NCBI GenBank assembly: GCA_020137815.1
Contig: CM035354.1
Coordinates: 4,650,001 to 4,714,000 of the forward strand
DNA: 64,000 nucleotides
Reading direction: 5' to 3'
Source of the DNA: Hormiphora californensis
Lineage: Eukaryota; Animalia; Ctenophora
Shown in pieces: positions 37,677 through 48,843 of this stretch. The first letter of the stretch is position 1. Every line of letters starts with the position of its first letter. The notes under the pieces were generated by a model that was not told the DNA's origin, searched no databases, and saw only the letters and a program-made list of their open reading frames with translations. A program made the translations under genes and the position numbers.

Positions 37677-39138
37677 TTACTCCCCCATCTTCTCTTCTTT
37701 CACTTCCTCTCCACTTCCAGCTACTGCTGTGTTTTGAGTGTTACTAGTGCTACTATTCTGAGTGTTTTGAGTGTTAGTAACAGCCCCACTTCCCTCCAAA
37801 CTCTCAACAACAAACTGATTAGGGTGACTCAGTCCAAACTTGGCCTCTCTCCCCTGAGTAAACTCGAAGTACTTGGTACACGCTATCTGATAATGTTGTC
37901 CCTCTGAGTAGTTTACCATCTCCTTTATTACCCCCTTGGGTATCTTCCACCCACTCAATGTCTTCTCCAGGTTCTTACTGTCCATATGTTTGAAGGGGCA
38001 TCCGTGGCAGTCCCCCGCCCCCGGTGGGGAACCAGTTATAATCTTTAGACACCCATACGCCTTCTTATCCTGCCTCTTGCCCTCCTTTCCAAACAGATGC
38101 CGTATCATGTAGTCATGGCCGCTCTTGTTGTACGTCTCACTATCCATATGATGACAGAACTGGCTCCGGAAGAATCCCCTCACTTCCTCAATATTGAGTC
38201 CTAGACCCTTGAGAAACAGACAAAACTGCAGCCTAGCACCGTGTTTCATATGATGGTTGGTTGTCAACCACTCGTAGACATACCGCATACAGGGTGGGAA
38301 GGCAGCCTTGCTAAGTTTGGGAAGTTCACTAATAGATATCTCCCCGACCTTCCTATTCTGGTCAGGCTCCTGCTCTGTTGTTGTCAGTTCCTTTATCATT
38401 GACATCAGCCTCTCATCCTCAGCTACTGAGGGGAGTGCACGGGCAGCACTTCATCAACGATTTACTCAGCTGTGCTCGGAACATGCCAGTTACAATTGGT
38501 ATTAGCTCCGTATGTGGTACAAATGCTATCCCTGCCTCTAGATACACCTTACGAGATCGAACTAGCTCCAGAGCTTCCTGTGAAGGGTAACTTTGAAGAT
38601 GGTCAACTGGGATGAACGGTTCATGATGTGACTGGCATCCCTAATCTGCTGTTCCCGTGCCCTAACCTCACTTTCACTCGCCACTTGGAAATGATCCAGA
38701 AACTGCCGAACCTCATCTGGTCCTGTCCTCTAACCTCAACCTCAGCAACTCCTTCTCAGTGTCGCAGAACCATCCTCCTCGCCTCCTCTGTCCTGCAGAA
38801 GGCCATCCTAAGTAGGTAGTGAGAGATGTGATCCTTCCTTCTCTCTTCCTCCATCAATCTTGATAGAACTCTCAGAATCCTCCAACAAGTTAGCTCGAAG
38901 GGGTAGTTTGTTGGTGATCTCACCAGTCACCATGTTCTTGTATTCATCACTCCTCTTGTTGAACCTCACTCCCGCATTGTAAATCGACCGGAGAACAGAG
39001 AGACGATCCAGTGCAACGTTGTATAGTTCCGTCGTGGTTATGTCGCCGTGGGGCGGTTTTTCGTACATTTGTAATCGGGACCGGTACTCAACCGCCACCC
39101 GAACCGCTCTCCGCCTCTTGCTCAAACTGAAATCCATG
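37677..39138 (-). CDS. PRIM2: DNA primase large subunit, apparently intronless, with several frameshifts in the middle (probably consensus errors)
   Basis: LQMYEKPPHGDI, ALDRLSVL, RKDHISHYLLRMAFC, ALELVRSRKVYL, FPPCM...HHMKHGARLQFCLFLKGLG, YMIRHLFGKEGKR, DCHGCPFKH, HYQIACTKYFE, HPNQF. Confidence 0.92.
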
Positions 39139-39263
39139 CCGGAGGAAACTGCAGAACGGGTAGGTGGTGGTTTAAAAAAGGAAATCAAAAACACTAAACA
39201 GATGTACAGTTAAAAAACATTTAAATTTTAAATCACACACAAAGACAAGAACCAAAATAATAT

Positions 39264-40022
39264 TTATAATTTCTTCAAGAACAATTGATCGCTCGAAAAA
39301 CAAGAGGGAATATGAATGTCAGTGGCTGTTTGAGTTTTAAAGAATCCCATCATTTTCTTTAGGGGACTATCATCTATTTCATCCTGTATCTTTTCAGCAG
39401 CTCGTTCCAACAAGTCCAGATGAGCAGCAATGGCTGACACCCCATTAGCCACCGTATCAATTTGGGTGAATGTGGCTTTGAGGTGGCGTGCCTTACTGGC
39501 AAAGTTCTCAATTCGAGAATCCTCCACGTCAATACCGCTCTCCTGATGAAAATATTGGAAAGGTGTTCAATCCCATTGCATAACAGTGGTTCTCCGTCAT
39601 ATTGTCCACTCGCACAGCGTCGCCAAAAGTGTTGTCCACGACGTCCAAAACGTGCAAAGAAAAGCACTCAATGTGAGAGATGAGATCGCTATGGACGACG
39701 CTGTGCGGGCGGCCAATATGACGGAGCACCACTGATATGGAGGATTATTTCAATGTTGTGTATACTTATTCATCATCAAGTACGGACCTGCATGGTCAGA
39801 AGAGTAGTGTAAAGTTCATCTAAAAGTTTATCCACTCCATCAAAATCGAGATCCAGGGAGCCACCAACCTCGGCTTTTAGCAGTCCTAGAAAGTAGTGAG
39901 CGGTTTCAACCATGGTCATACAATTAGTATACAAATTGCAATGTCCTGTGATAGAGGGCAGTGAAAAACCAGATTGTGTATCTACCTGAGTAAGCAGCTG
40001 ACAATTCCTCAGCAGTGCTCAT
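39264..40022 (-). CDS. BLOC1S4: BLOC-1 subunit 4 (cappuccino)-like coiled-coil protein; start uncertain, possible upstream exons to about 40298
   Basis: Exons MSTAEELSAAYS / GLLKAEV...DKLLDELYTTLLTMQ / ...KARHLKATFTQIDTV...LDLLERAAEKIQDE...LKKMMGFF...PSCFSSDQLF resemble the cappuccino pattern. Assignment is from remembered similarity only. Confidence 0.55.
39584..39734. mobile_element. About 150-bp MITE in an intron
   Basis: CAGTGGTTCTCCGTCATATTG...CGCACAGCGTCG is inverted at CGACGCTGTGCG...CAATATGACGGAGCACCACTG. No clear TSD. Confidence 0.7.
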
Positions 40023-41029
40023 CTTCAGTTCATTGTTCCTACAGCTGAATGAGTTAACGGTCTAAATAAACAGTTTTTTGACAAGGTTTACAACAAATAG
40101 TCTACCCTGGCCCTGGTAGGTCCATCGGAAACACTTGTGGGACATCCTAAGACTTTGTTAACTTATTTTCTTGCCTGGCTCGACTCCTTTTCGCGAGCTC
40201 AGCCCGTGAATTACAATTAATGTAAAGGGAGGGTTAGAATATAACAATTATTTTCACACTCAAGCATCGCGTCTCTTCTTTAAAGTTCTGACTCATTTTT
40301 CTCTCTGAGTCGAATTGTTTCAAACAATCACGGGTCACGAGCTTGATTAGACCTTTGTTGGATCACATTCCTTTGTTTCTCCATTAAATTCTTCAAAAAG
40401 AATTATACGGACTCCAGAAATTAAAAGAGGTCCGTTGTCGCAAATTTAAATTACAAAACACGCCCAAAAGTCAAGGGGGTAGTTGAAAGTTTTAAAATCC
40501 GACCTGTGTGGCTTGTCTAGAGACGCCTCAGACCATCTTTGAGTGCAGTAATTTGAGTGCACGGAAGCGGAAAGATTGGAGCTGCCGCTGTGGCGTCAGT
40601 GACCGGCTTAAGCCTGAGCCAGGCTGACACAAACCCTCTTTCACGACTTTGTTTACTTGTTAAAACAGAGCAACGAGCAGGTTTACGCCACACAGCGGTA
40701 GCTAGAAACAGGAAACAAAAAATCGAGAAATTTAAAATTTTCACTTTAGGAAAAAGTTTTTCTTGGATTTTTTTTCTGGCTTGCTAAAATGAATTTGCGT
40801 GCGCGTTCGTACGCGCAAATAAAGTATCGCGCGGCTGTTCGGCCAGTTTTGGACTTTTTTGGATCTGAGATCATCTGACATCTCATTTCAATTTTAACAA
40901 ATACGACAAGGGCATGACTGCACGATAAAAAAAAGTTTCAATAAATAGTTAAAATCATACCCTCTCAATAAAAGTAACACTCTTTGTCAATCTTTAAAAG
41001 TAAAACAGTGTCATCGTACTTTCAAAGTA

Positions 41030-44000
41030 CTAAACTTCATACCGTCCTTTTAGTTTGAGTCTTGGTACAATATTCATGGACTGTAGTTCCTGAATGAGCA
41101 GCTTACACCCGTATGGCATCTGCACGTGGCTAATATTGCAGCTACTAGCACAATACTGACAGTACCCTGTGTAACCCAACAACCCACACCCAGTACAAAC
41201 CTCAACCTCAAACTGATCTGAACTGATCATTAGTCGTTCTAACAACAACATGCTACTTCCATACGCAATCAAACAGTCTCTCTCCATCTCCCCCAACCGT
41301 AAACCTCCATCCCTGCTCCTCCCCTCTGTTGGCTGATGAGTGAGACTCGTCATGGGTCCTGTTGCTCTTGCATGCATTTTATCGGCAACCATATGTTTCA
41401 ACTTCTGATAGTAGATAGGACCGAAGAAGATATACGCTTGGAGGGGCTGACCAGTAATCCCTGATGTTATAAACTCTTTCCCTTCGTAATTGTAGCCACT
41501 CTTAACCAAATCCTCGCAAATATCAATCACCTTATCCCCGCCGAAAGCAGTCCCATACCCAAAATGTCCGTTTAGAACTCCCCTCTTGGCGGCAATCAGC
41601 TCTATCAGCTTACCCACAGACATACGAGATGGAAACCCGTGGGGGTTCATGATCATGTCAGGGCACATCCCACTCTCCGAGAAGGGCATATCTTCCTGAT
41701 TAACAATGAGTCCCGTAACACCCTTCTGGCCGTGACGACTACTAAACTTGTCCCCTATTTCCGGTCTCCTTGTCTGTCTGAGCAGCACCTTGATCAGGTA
41801 TGCCTCAGTTTGGGTCGATGTGATCATGACACGTTCAGCAAAACAGGAGGTGTTGGCTCGGTGGGTGAGGGGCTGGTCCTGGTATTGCATTTCCTCGTGT
41901 GCAGCATCCATGGTTGCCATGGGAACTCGCTTGTTCACCATGACAGTACGGTTAGTAACAAGCAGGCCAGGATCTATTATACCATCCTCACTCAGGCACT
42001 GGGGAGGGAGAGGATGTGTTAAATGTATGGAAACACGAACAATAATAATTCATTCTCAAGACTAAATAAACAGTATATATTTTCTCACCTTGTGTTTGTA
42101 AATAACCTCCCCACTTGTAGGATCTCTGCTGGGCCCGTCAACCCGGTCACAGGTCTGGTTAGGGTACTTCTTGAGGCCAACTTGGGCCTTCGTATAAACC
42201 AGGCATCGCCCATAACCACGGTCTATCGAGGCCTGAGGAGGAGGCAATAATGTTAAATCATATCCGCAAATGTGCGACCAACTGAAGTGAGATACCGACA
42301 ATAATCAAGGATCACATACCAAACTACGATGAAAAAACCATAAATTCCTGAAGCTATAATAAATACCTTGTTGATGACAATAGCATCCTCTATGTCATAG
42401 CCACTGTAACTCATGACGGCTATAATGGCATTCTGACCTGCTGGCACCTTATCAAACTGTATCAAATCTATCGTCCGGGTTCTCACCATCGGTATCTGTC
42501 AGTGGGAGATAAACATTGTCAACTAATCATATGGCAAGTCAGATTTAGTACAAAATTGATAAAACTACATACACACTTTAGACCTGATATCGGGCCAGAG
42601 AAAGCTAGATTTACACTGATGACTCACCTGAGGGTACACTACATTGTACATGAGGGTATCTATTCTGTTCTGCTGGTTGTACGCTATAGCTCCCATTGCT
42701 TGTTTTCCCATAGCACATTGGTACGTGTTCCGCGGCGATTGGTTGTGGTGGGGGTACGGGATTAGACCGGCACATGCACCTGTACAGAGAGAGGTGGGTG
42801 ATGGGGAGATGGGGGAGATGCAGAGAGGACCGGATGTGAGGGCACGGTATCAATCTAGCACATTTGAAGAGAGGACACCGGTAGTTCTAGCCAGGGTAGA
42901 AGACAGCGGGTGCGGGAAGCTTACTTAGAAGAGTGAATGGTTCGATTTCCAAATGTGTAGAATGAATGTCAATGTCCGCTTCCTTCAGTGCGATATTAGA
43001 GTCGTTTTCCTCATTCACATCAAGGTATTCAACCAGACCATCTTTTAGAAAGTGCTAAACAGGGGAAATATTTGGATTATAGGAAGTGTGGGGAGATCAG
43101 GTTAAAAAGAAGTTGACAGAGACAGCGGACAGTCCTACCTCAAAAGTGCGGACTCCGTTTAGCAGTTGATCAATGTGATGTTGTTTGACCATCGGCTGTC
43201 CTTCCTCCACAATAATGTACGGTCTGCACACCCTACCTCCATCAGAACTAACGTTAATTACTCTTCTCCGTTCACTCGCGGACACAGACACGAACTCACT
43301 GATACGACCCTGCCTTCGCAATAATCTGAAAAAGTGACGGTCAGGATCGGTCGTGTGTCAAATGCTGTCGGTGTGTAGCTTTGCTTTATCGCGCGCGCTA
43401 TCCGAGAGTGGGGAGTGGTCAGTATTGTAAGTGCGCGTTTGACCTCAAATTTTAACACACTGTTACACATGGCTTGGAATTTATCCAGCAACTTTTACAC
43501 ACTGTTAAACCCACGTGTAATTTGATGATATATATACCTGAAATATCTGACCATGCGGGTAGCATGACGTGTAACGCCCAGCAGAGAACCATTTAGTAGG
43601 ATTGTATAGAACCGTGGATCACAGAATTCTTCCCCGTTTAGTGTCTTGACATTGACACACCCCAGATTGTAGATTAGCCTTCGCAATAAATCTTCATCCT
43701 GTGTGAACGACAGAGTTAAGGTACACATCGTCCAGAACTTGTAATTAGACAGTTTAAGAACCAAAGTCAACTGGGTAATTAGGCCCTAATTATAGTACCT
43801 GATCAGTGGTGATGTGTGTCATTAGTGCCAGGTTCTTCACCAGCCCACACACCTCCCCTTCTGGTGTATCACTAGGACACAACATGCCCCATTGGGAGGG
43901 CTGCAGGGACCTCGGTCCACTCACTTTCCTCGTCTTCTCAAACTGTGACTGGATCTTGGTCAGGGAGCCCAGAGCGGAGATATAGGACAATCTTGTCAGG

Positions 44001-47000
44001 ACCGCTGAAATACCACTTCTGTCCATCTTGAACCGTTTAATTGTCCAATTACCTGTTAGATGCATTTATGAGTTAGACAAACATAGTTCATATACTACCA
44101 GCACTATGAGTCGACAGACATTCAACTACTACGAGCTCAGTGTAGACCAAGCAGTGACCAGTAAACTCGATAAACAATGTCCCCCCATGGAACCCCATAC
44201 TGACCTGAAGATATAGCCGCCACTAGACCCATACTGATCTGGTCCTGTCTGACATGGGAGACGATATCGAACTGTTGTGTCCGTGGTTTGGGGATGTATC
44301 TATTTGCCATCTGCTGTAACTCCCCATTAAATCTTATAAACAGGTCCTCAAACAGGAGAGAGAGTAGACCACCTGCCAACTCCAACCTTTTGTTGCCATA
44401 GTAATCTCTGGGAGGGAGGGGGTTGTAAGATTTAGATACTGGATCTCGAGAGAGGGGGAGGGGTAAAACATGAACCGTGCGGTGGGGGAGGTTATGTTGG
44501 CCAGTTTTCCTAATTTGTACATGTCTCACCACGTGTAAGCCCAGTACGTGGTTTGGGCCCAGTGGAGAGAGACACAGGACAGACAGGTGATATAATAACT
44601 AATGACCGCTAATCTAGAAACACTCTCACGTCCCTCACAAATAATTCGAAACACTTTATGACGGAAACACTTTATGAAAAAGTGGAACTAGAAAATGAGT
44701 TCACATTTCATACACTCTGCCGTTTTGTGCTTCTAAAATGCAACATAAAGTAGTAGCATATTTAGTTACAGATTCTCACAAGCTGCCCATCACACCTTGT
44801 ACCTTCCTCTCTCTGTGTCAGAACAGACAAACAGACACAGCGTGTTATAATTTGTGCCGGTATATATGTAGTTGTATGTGTGTGCGGTACACTTCCGAGT
44901 TGTTTTCATTTGGGAGAGAGAGACAGTTAATTTATCATGTAGTACATGCAACAATACACTAACCACGACACACATCACACCGTGTATTTCAAAGTTAAAC
45001 GATAGTCTACGTACTAAAGTACATCTCATTTTAATCTTTTAAACCTTCTCGTCAGAGCTATAATACTAACCGTGAGAGTCTGAACAAACTAAAATCCCCC
45101 ATGATTAAATGATTCAATCTGTTAACTAACCTGTTGTCAAGGAAAGTATCATCTCCCACCGCTTGAATCATTCTCCTCACCATTAGTGCCAGATAGCAAC
45201 ACTTCAGGTGAAAATCATACTGTTCCACAGGGACGTGATTTAGGATCACCCTTGCTAACAGGTCCCTAGCCTCGTCTACAGGGGTCTTCTTCTCCTTTAG
45301 GTCGAGTTTCCGCATCCGAGACCTGGGTGAGATAAGAATAACATATATGCACCACCGTAACATTACCCATATAATGTTGTTGTTATCAGAGTATAAGTTC
45401 TAGAATTCTAGTGCAGTGATTTACCCTTACCTTTTCCCTATGAACTCCAGGGCCTGTTTCTGTGTGTAAATTCCTAATTGTTTGGGTTCCATAAGGGAGG
45501 CATTGAACTGGGTGATTATGAAATCCTCCACCCCTACCATCTGGACAACTGACTGGTCAGACTCCATCCCCATGGCCTTGAAGACTATCACCACGGGGAT
45601 CAACTCGGTCAAACTGGAGAAAAAGGAGGAATTAGTATCATGGGTGAGGGGAATGAGAAAGAATACTAATACCAGGGTAATCTTTTGTTTTTAATAGGGC
45701 ACCCCCACCCCAGTTTATTTTTGGGGAGTTGGACAAATGCAAACTGCATATAAACCACGTTTATAATGGAAAATGAGCCACTACACACTAATAGTAATGT
45801 GAGAATGAGCCACTACAAACCTGCTGAATTTGAGGTAAATCTTCCCCTTGTTAAAGAGGAGGTTTGTCTTGGTTTTCCTCTCGTGTGTTGAACTCTGTAC
45901 ATTACAGCTCACCTCCCCCTTGTTATCCTTCTCAACAAAGACCCTGTTTTTACTTAACTGCTCCTGGATCAAAATCACCTGGTGGACGTGATAACTATAT
46001 TTAGAATTGATCGGCATTCTACATGCTAGCAGTGTAGTTTATTAGTGTAGACTATAGAATACACTGTATAGATCTGTAATAATACCGTACACTTTGTCTC
46101 ATATAAGACCGTCCTCTCCGCACCGGGCCGAAGGCCCGGTGCGGCTACGTGAGGCCGCGTGAGGCTACGTGAGGCCGCGTAGCATTTGTACATCGAGGTT
46201 GCGCGATGTATAGTCAGTGTCTGACAACGTACACTTAGCTTGTTTGTAGACAGTGTGCCGGTACCGGCACACTGTAATGCCAGTTACACTGATCTGAAGT
46301 ATGCTAACAATGCTACAGTAACTGTAGTCTTTATCAACATCTTGATACGATGAAAGAGGGTCAAGCAAAACACGCTCTAGCCTCTTTACTCTGAGATATG
46401 GTAGCAGCATGACTCTTCTACCACCTGCCAGCGCAGCTCCCTTACCTTCTCAGTACCCTTTACAACAAAATATCCCCCGGGATCTAGAGGGCACTCATTC
46501 AGTTTAGCCAGCTCACTTTGGGACTTTCCAGAGAGAATGCAGTTACTGCTCCGTAACATTATCGGCATACGACCTGGGTGGGGGAAGGGTTTAGAGAAAT
46601 GAGGATGAGACTTGGAGAGAGGGGAGAGTGTTATAGTACAGATAGAGCGGGAAGGGGGCTGTAGAACAGTAGAACAGAAAATGATGGTAGACGGATAAGA
46701 ATAGTTTCACCACACTCACCGATAGGCAGTTTTCTCTTGATGACCCTCTGGGTACCCCGAGTGTACTCAATATCCACCGTTATAGGTGCTGAGTAGGTGA
46801 GGTCTCTCAGTCTACACTCGTGTGGGGTGATTGCCCTGGAATGGTTTATCTGTTATCATACAGCCAGGCACATAATATAGTACAGACACGCCGACGTATT
46901 TGCAACATTGGCTACTTTTAACCCACCACCCCTTACTTGTACCCCTCTCCAGTATGTCATGTCTAGTCAGTACCCCTCTCTATCTCTATCTCTAGTAAGT

Positions 47001-48438
47001 AGTTACCTAGTCAGGTTGTATCCCTCTTCCATATCGGGTGTGCCCACATAGATATCCCGGTATAACATGTAGAAGTTAGGGTCAGCATCACATACAATCT
47101 TCCTGTTGGCCGCCACAATCTTCTTGATGTCTACATTGATGAAGTGGTTGAAGGAGTCAATGTGCTGCTTCACCATCCCCTTCACCTGAGGGGGGGGGGG
47201 ATTTGACGTGGGCATTAGAGTGAGGGTAGTATTATGAAGAGGTGATATTAAATGAGCTGGAGAGTGGAGACCAGAGAAAGGAATGGTTTGAGATGACAGA
47301 CACTTCTTGGATCTTAGATGACAGATATACACACTTCTTGGATCGGAGAGTTAAGTAGAAGTTTCACAAAGATATTGAGCTATTTCTGAGAAATGAAAGT
47401 CATAAGACAGTATTGTACAGAATTATTAGACGTTTGCTATTGATCGTATTGCATTCTGTGGCCTATATTAAGAGAGACAAGGGAGCACAGTGGCCTTTTG
47501 GTGGTCACTAAGAATTTGACGAAAATTTTCTTTTGCACCTATCTGGTAGCTTTTTTGACGTAGAATCAAATGCACCCCTCACTCTTGCCTTGATTTTTTG
47601 AGGAAAGTGGTGTTTTTTCAATTACCCTTCTTTTTGGAAAAACACCACTTTCCTCAAAAAATCAAGGCATGAGTGAGGGGTGCATTTGATTCTACGTCAA
47701 AAAAGCTACCAGATAGGTTCAAAAAAATATTTTCCTTAATGACCACCTACTCCCATGAAAAAGGCCACTGTGGGGAGAGACAATCACATGCATTGAAATC
47801 TTTATAAGTGTAGCGAGAGAAAGAAAGAGAGTCAGCTAGAGAGAGAAAGATAGATCTGTTTAGCGGTGGTCAGACAGGAATTTACACATCTAGATGAGTA
47901 GATCAAAACAAAGCGATATATAATATATATAATTCTCTCTCCCACCAACCTGTAAGAATGCTGGTAACAACTTCCATTTCTCCTTTATCTCCTTCACGGG
48001 CTCATTAAGAGGAGTGGGGTCCCCAGCAAACAGACCATATGGATCCCTAGGTCCCCCGATCTCCCCACTCTCCCTCGGTCCCCCAAGCTCCCCACTCCCC
48101 TGCTCCATGGGCTCATCTCGGGCCTGCTGTGGGTCAGGTTGTTGTGTGTCAGACTGTTCCGCACCACGTGATTCCTGTGGCACTGGTTCCTGGGTAACAC
48201 GTGACATTGGTTCCTGGGTAACACGTGACATTGGTTGATCCTGGTCACGTGATATGGTGTCACCTGGTGCCTCTCTGTGTGATTCAAACAGCTCCTGTTT
48301 GATCTGTTTGATTGTCCCTCCCTCAGAGGTATCCATGGGTTCAGACTTCACAGCAGCAATCTCACTGCTTCCTTCCTCCTCCTCTCCCTCATAAAACAAC
48401 TCGGGAACCTGGCCCTCTCCTCCCCCTGGTTCATCCAT
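41030..48438 (-). CDS. POLR3B: RNA polymerase III second-largest subunit RPC2, multi-exon
   Basis: [106 protein letters not shown]. Confidence 0.96.
47486..47772. mobile_element. Non-autonomous Transib/RAG-like element (287 bp) in the first POLR3B intron
   Basis: CACAGTG at both ends, GGGAG duplicated at 47481-47485 and 47773-47777, long internal inverted arms. Confidence 0.82.
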
Positions 48439-48843
48439 CTATAGGGCCTGGTGAAGAAGAGAGGGGTGGTGATTATTAGTGAAGAGAGGGGTGTGGAGTT
48501 ATCCACTACACCACCAGCCATCATCCGCGGGGAAAACTAAAAACACGATGTTTCTTGTTTTTGTAAAATTCAGCTTCTTAACACGGTGGGAATATGAACA
48601 ACAGGGTTCGTGTGACACAACATTTATATAACAGAGCGTTTGGTAAAAATCTTAAAACAATCGTAAAAAGTGAGCAGGAGATCAGAGAGAAACTTTGTAC
48701 ACTTTTTAGGCCGCACACCGGTACTTTATCTAGACACAGACACAGACACACATTAGAAATCAGTAACCCGAATAATTAAGTGTTTCCCGCATGCATTTCT
48801 TCCCCCAAAAACCACGGACATGTAAAACCATGTTATCTCTTCT

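Noticed and set aside
40517-40700. GC-richer intergenic stretch as a possible structured ncRNA
   Set aside because: No recognisable tRNA, snRNA, SRP or RNase P/MRP motif by eye; an Infernal/Rfam search would be needed.
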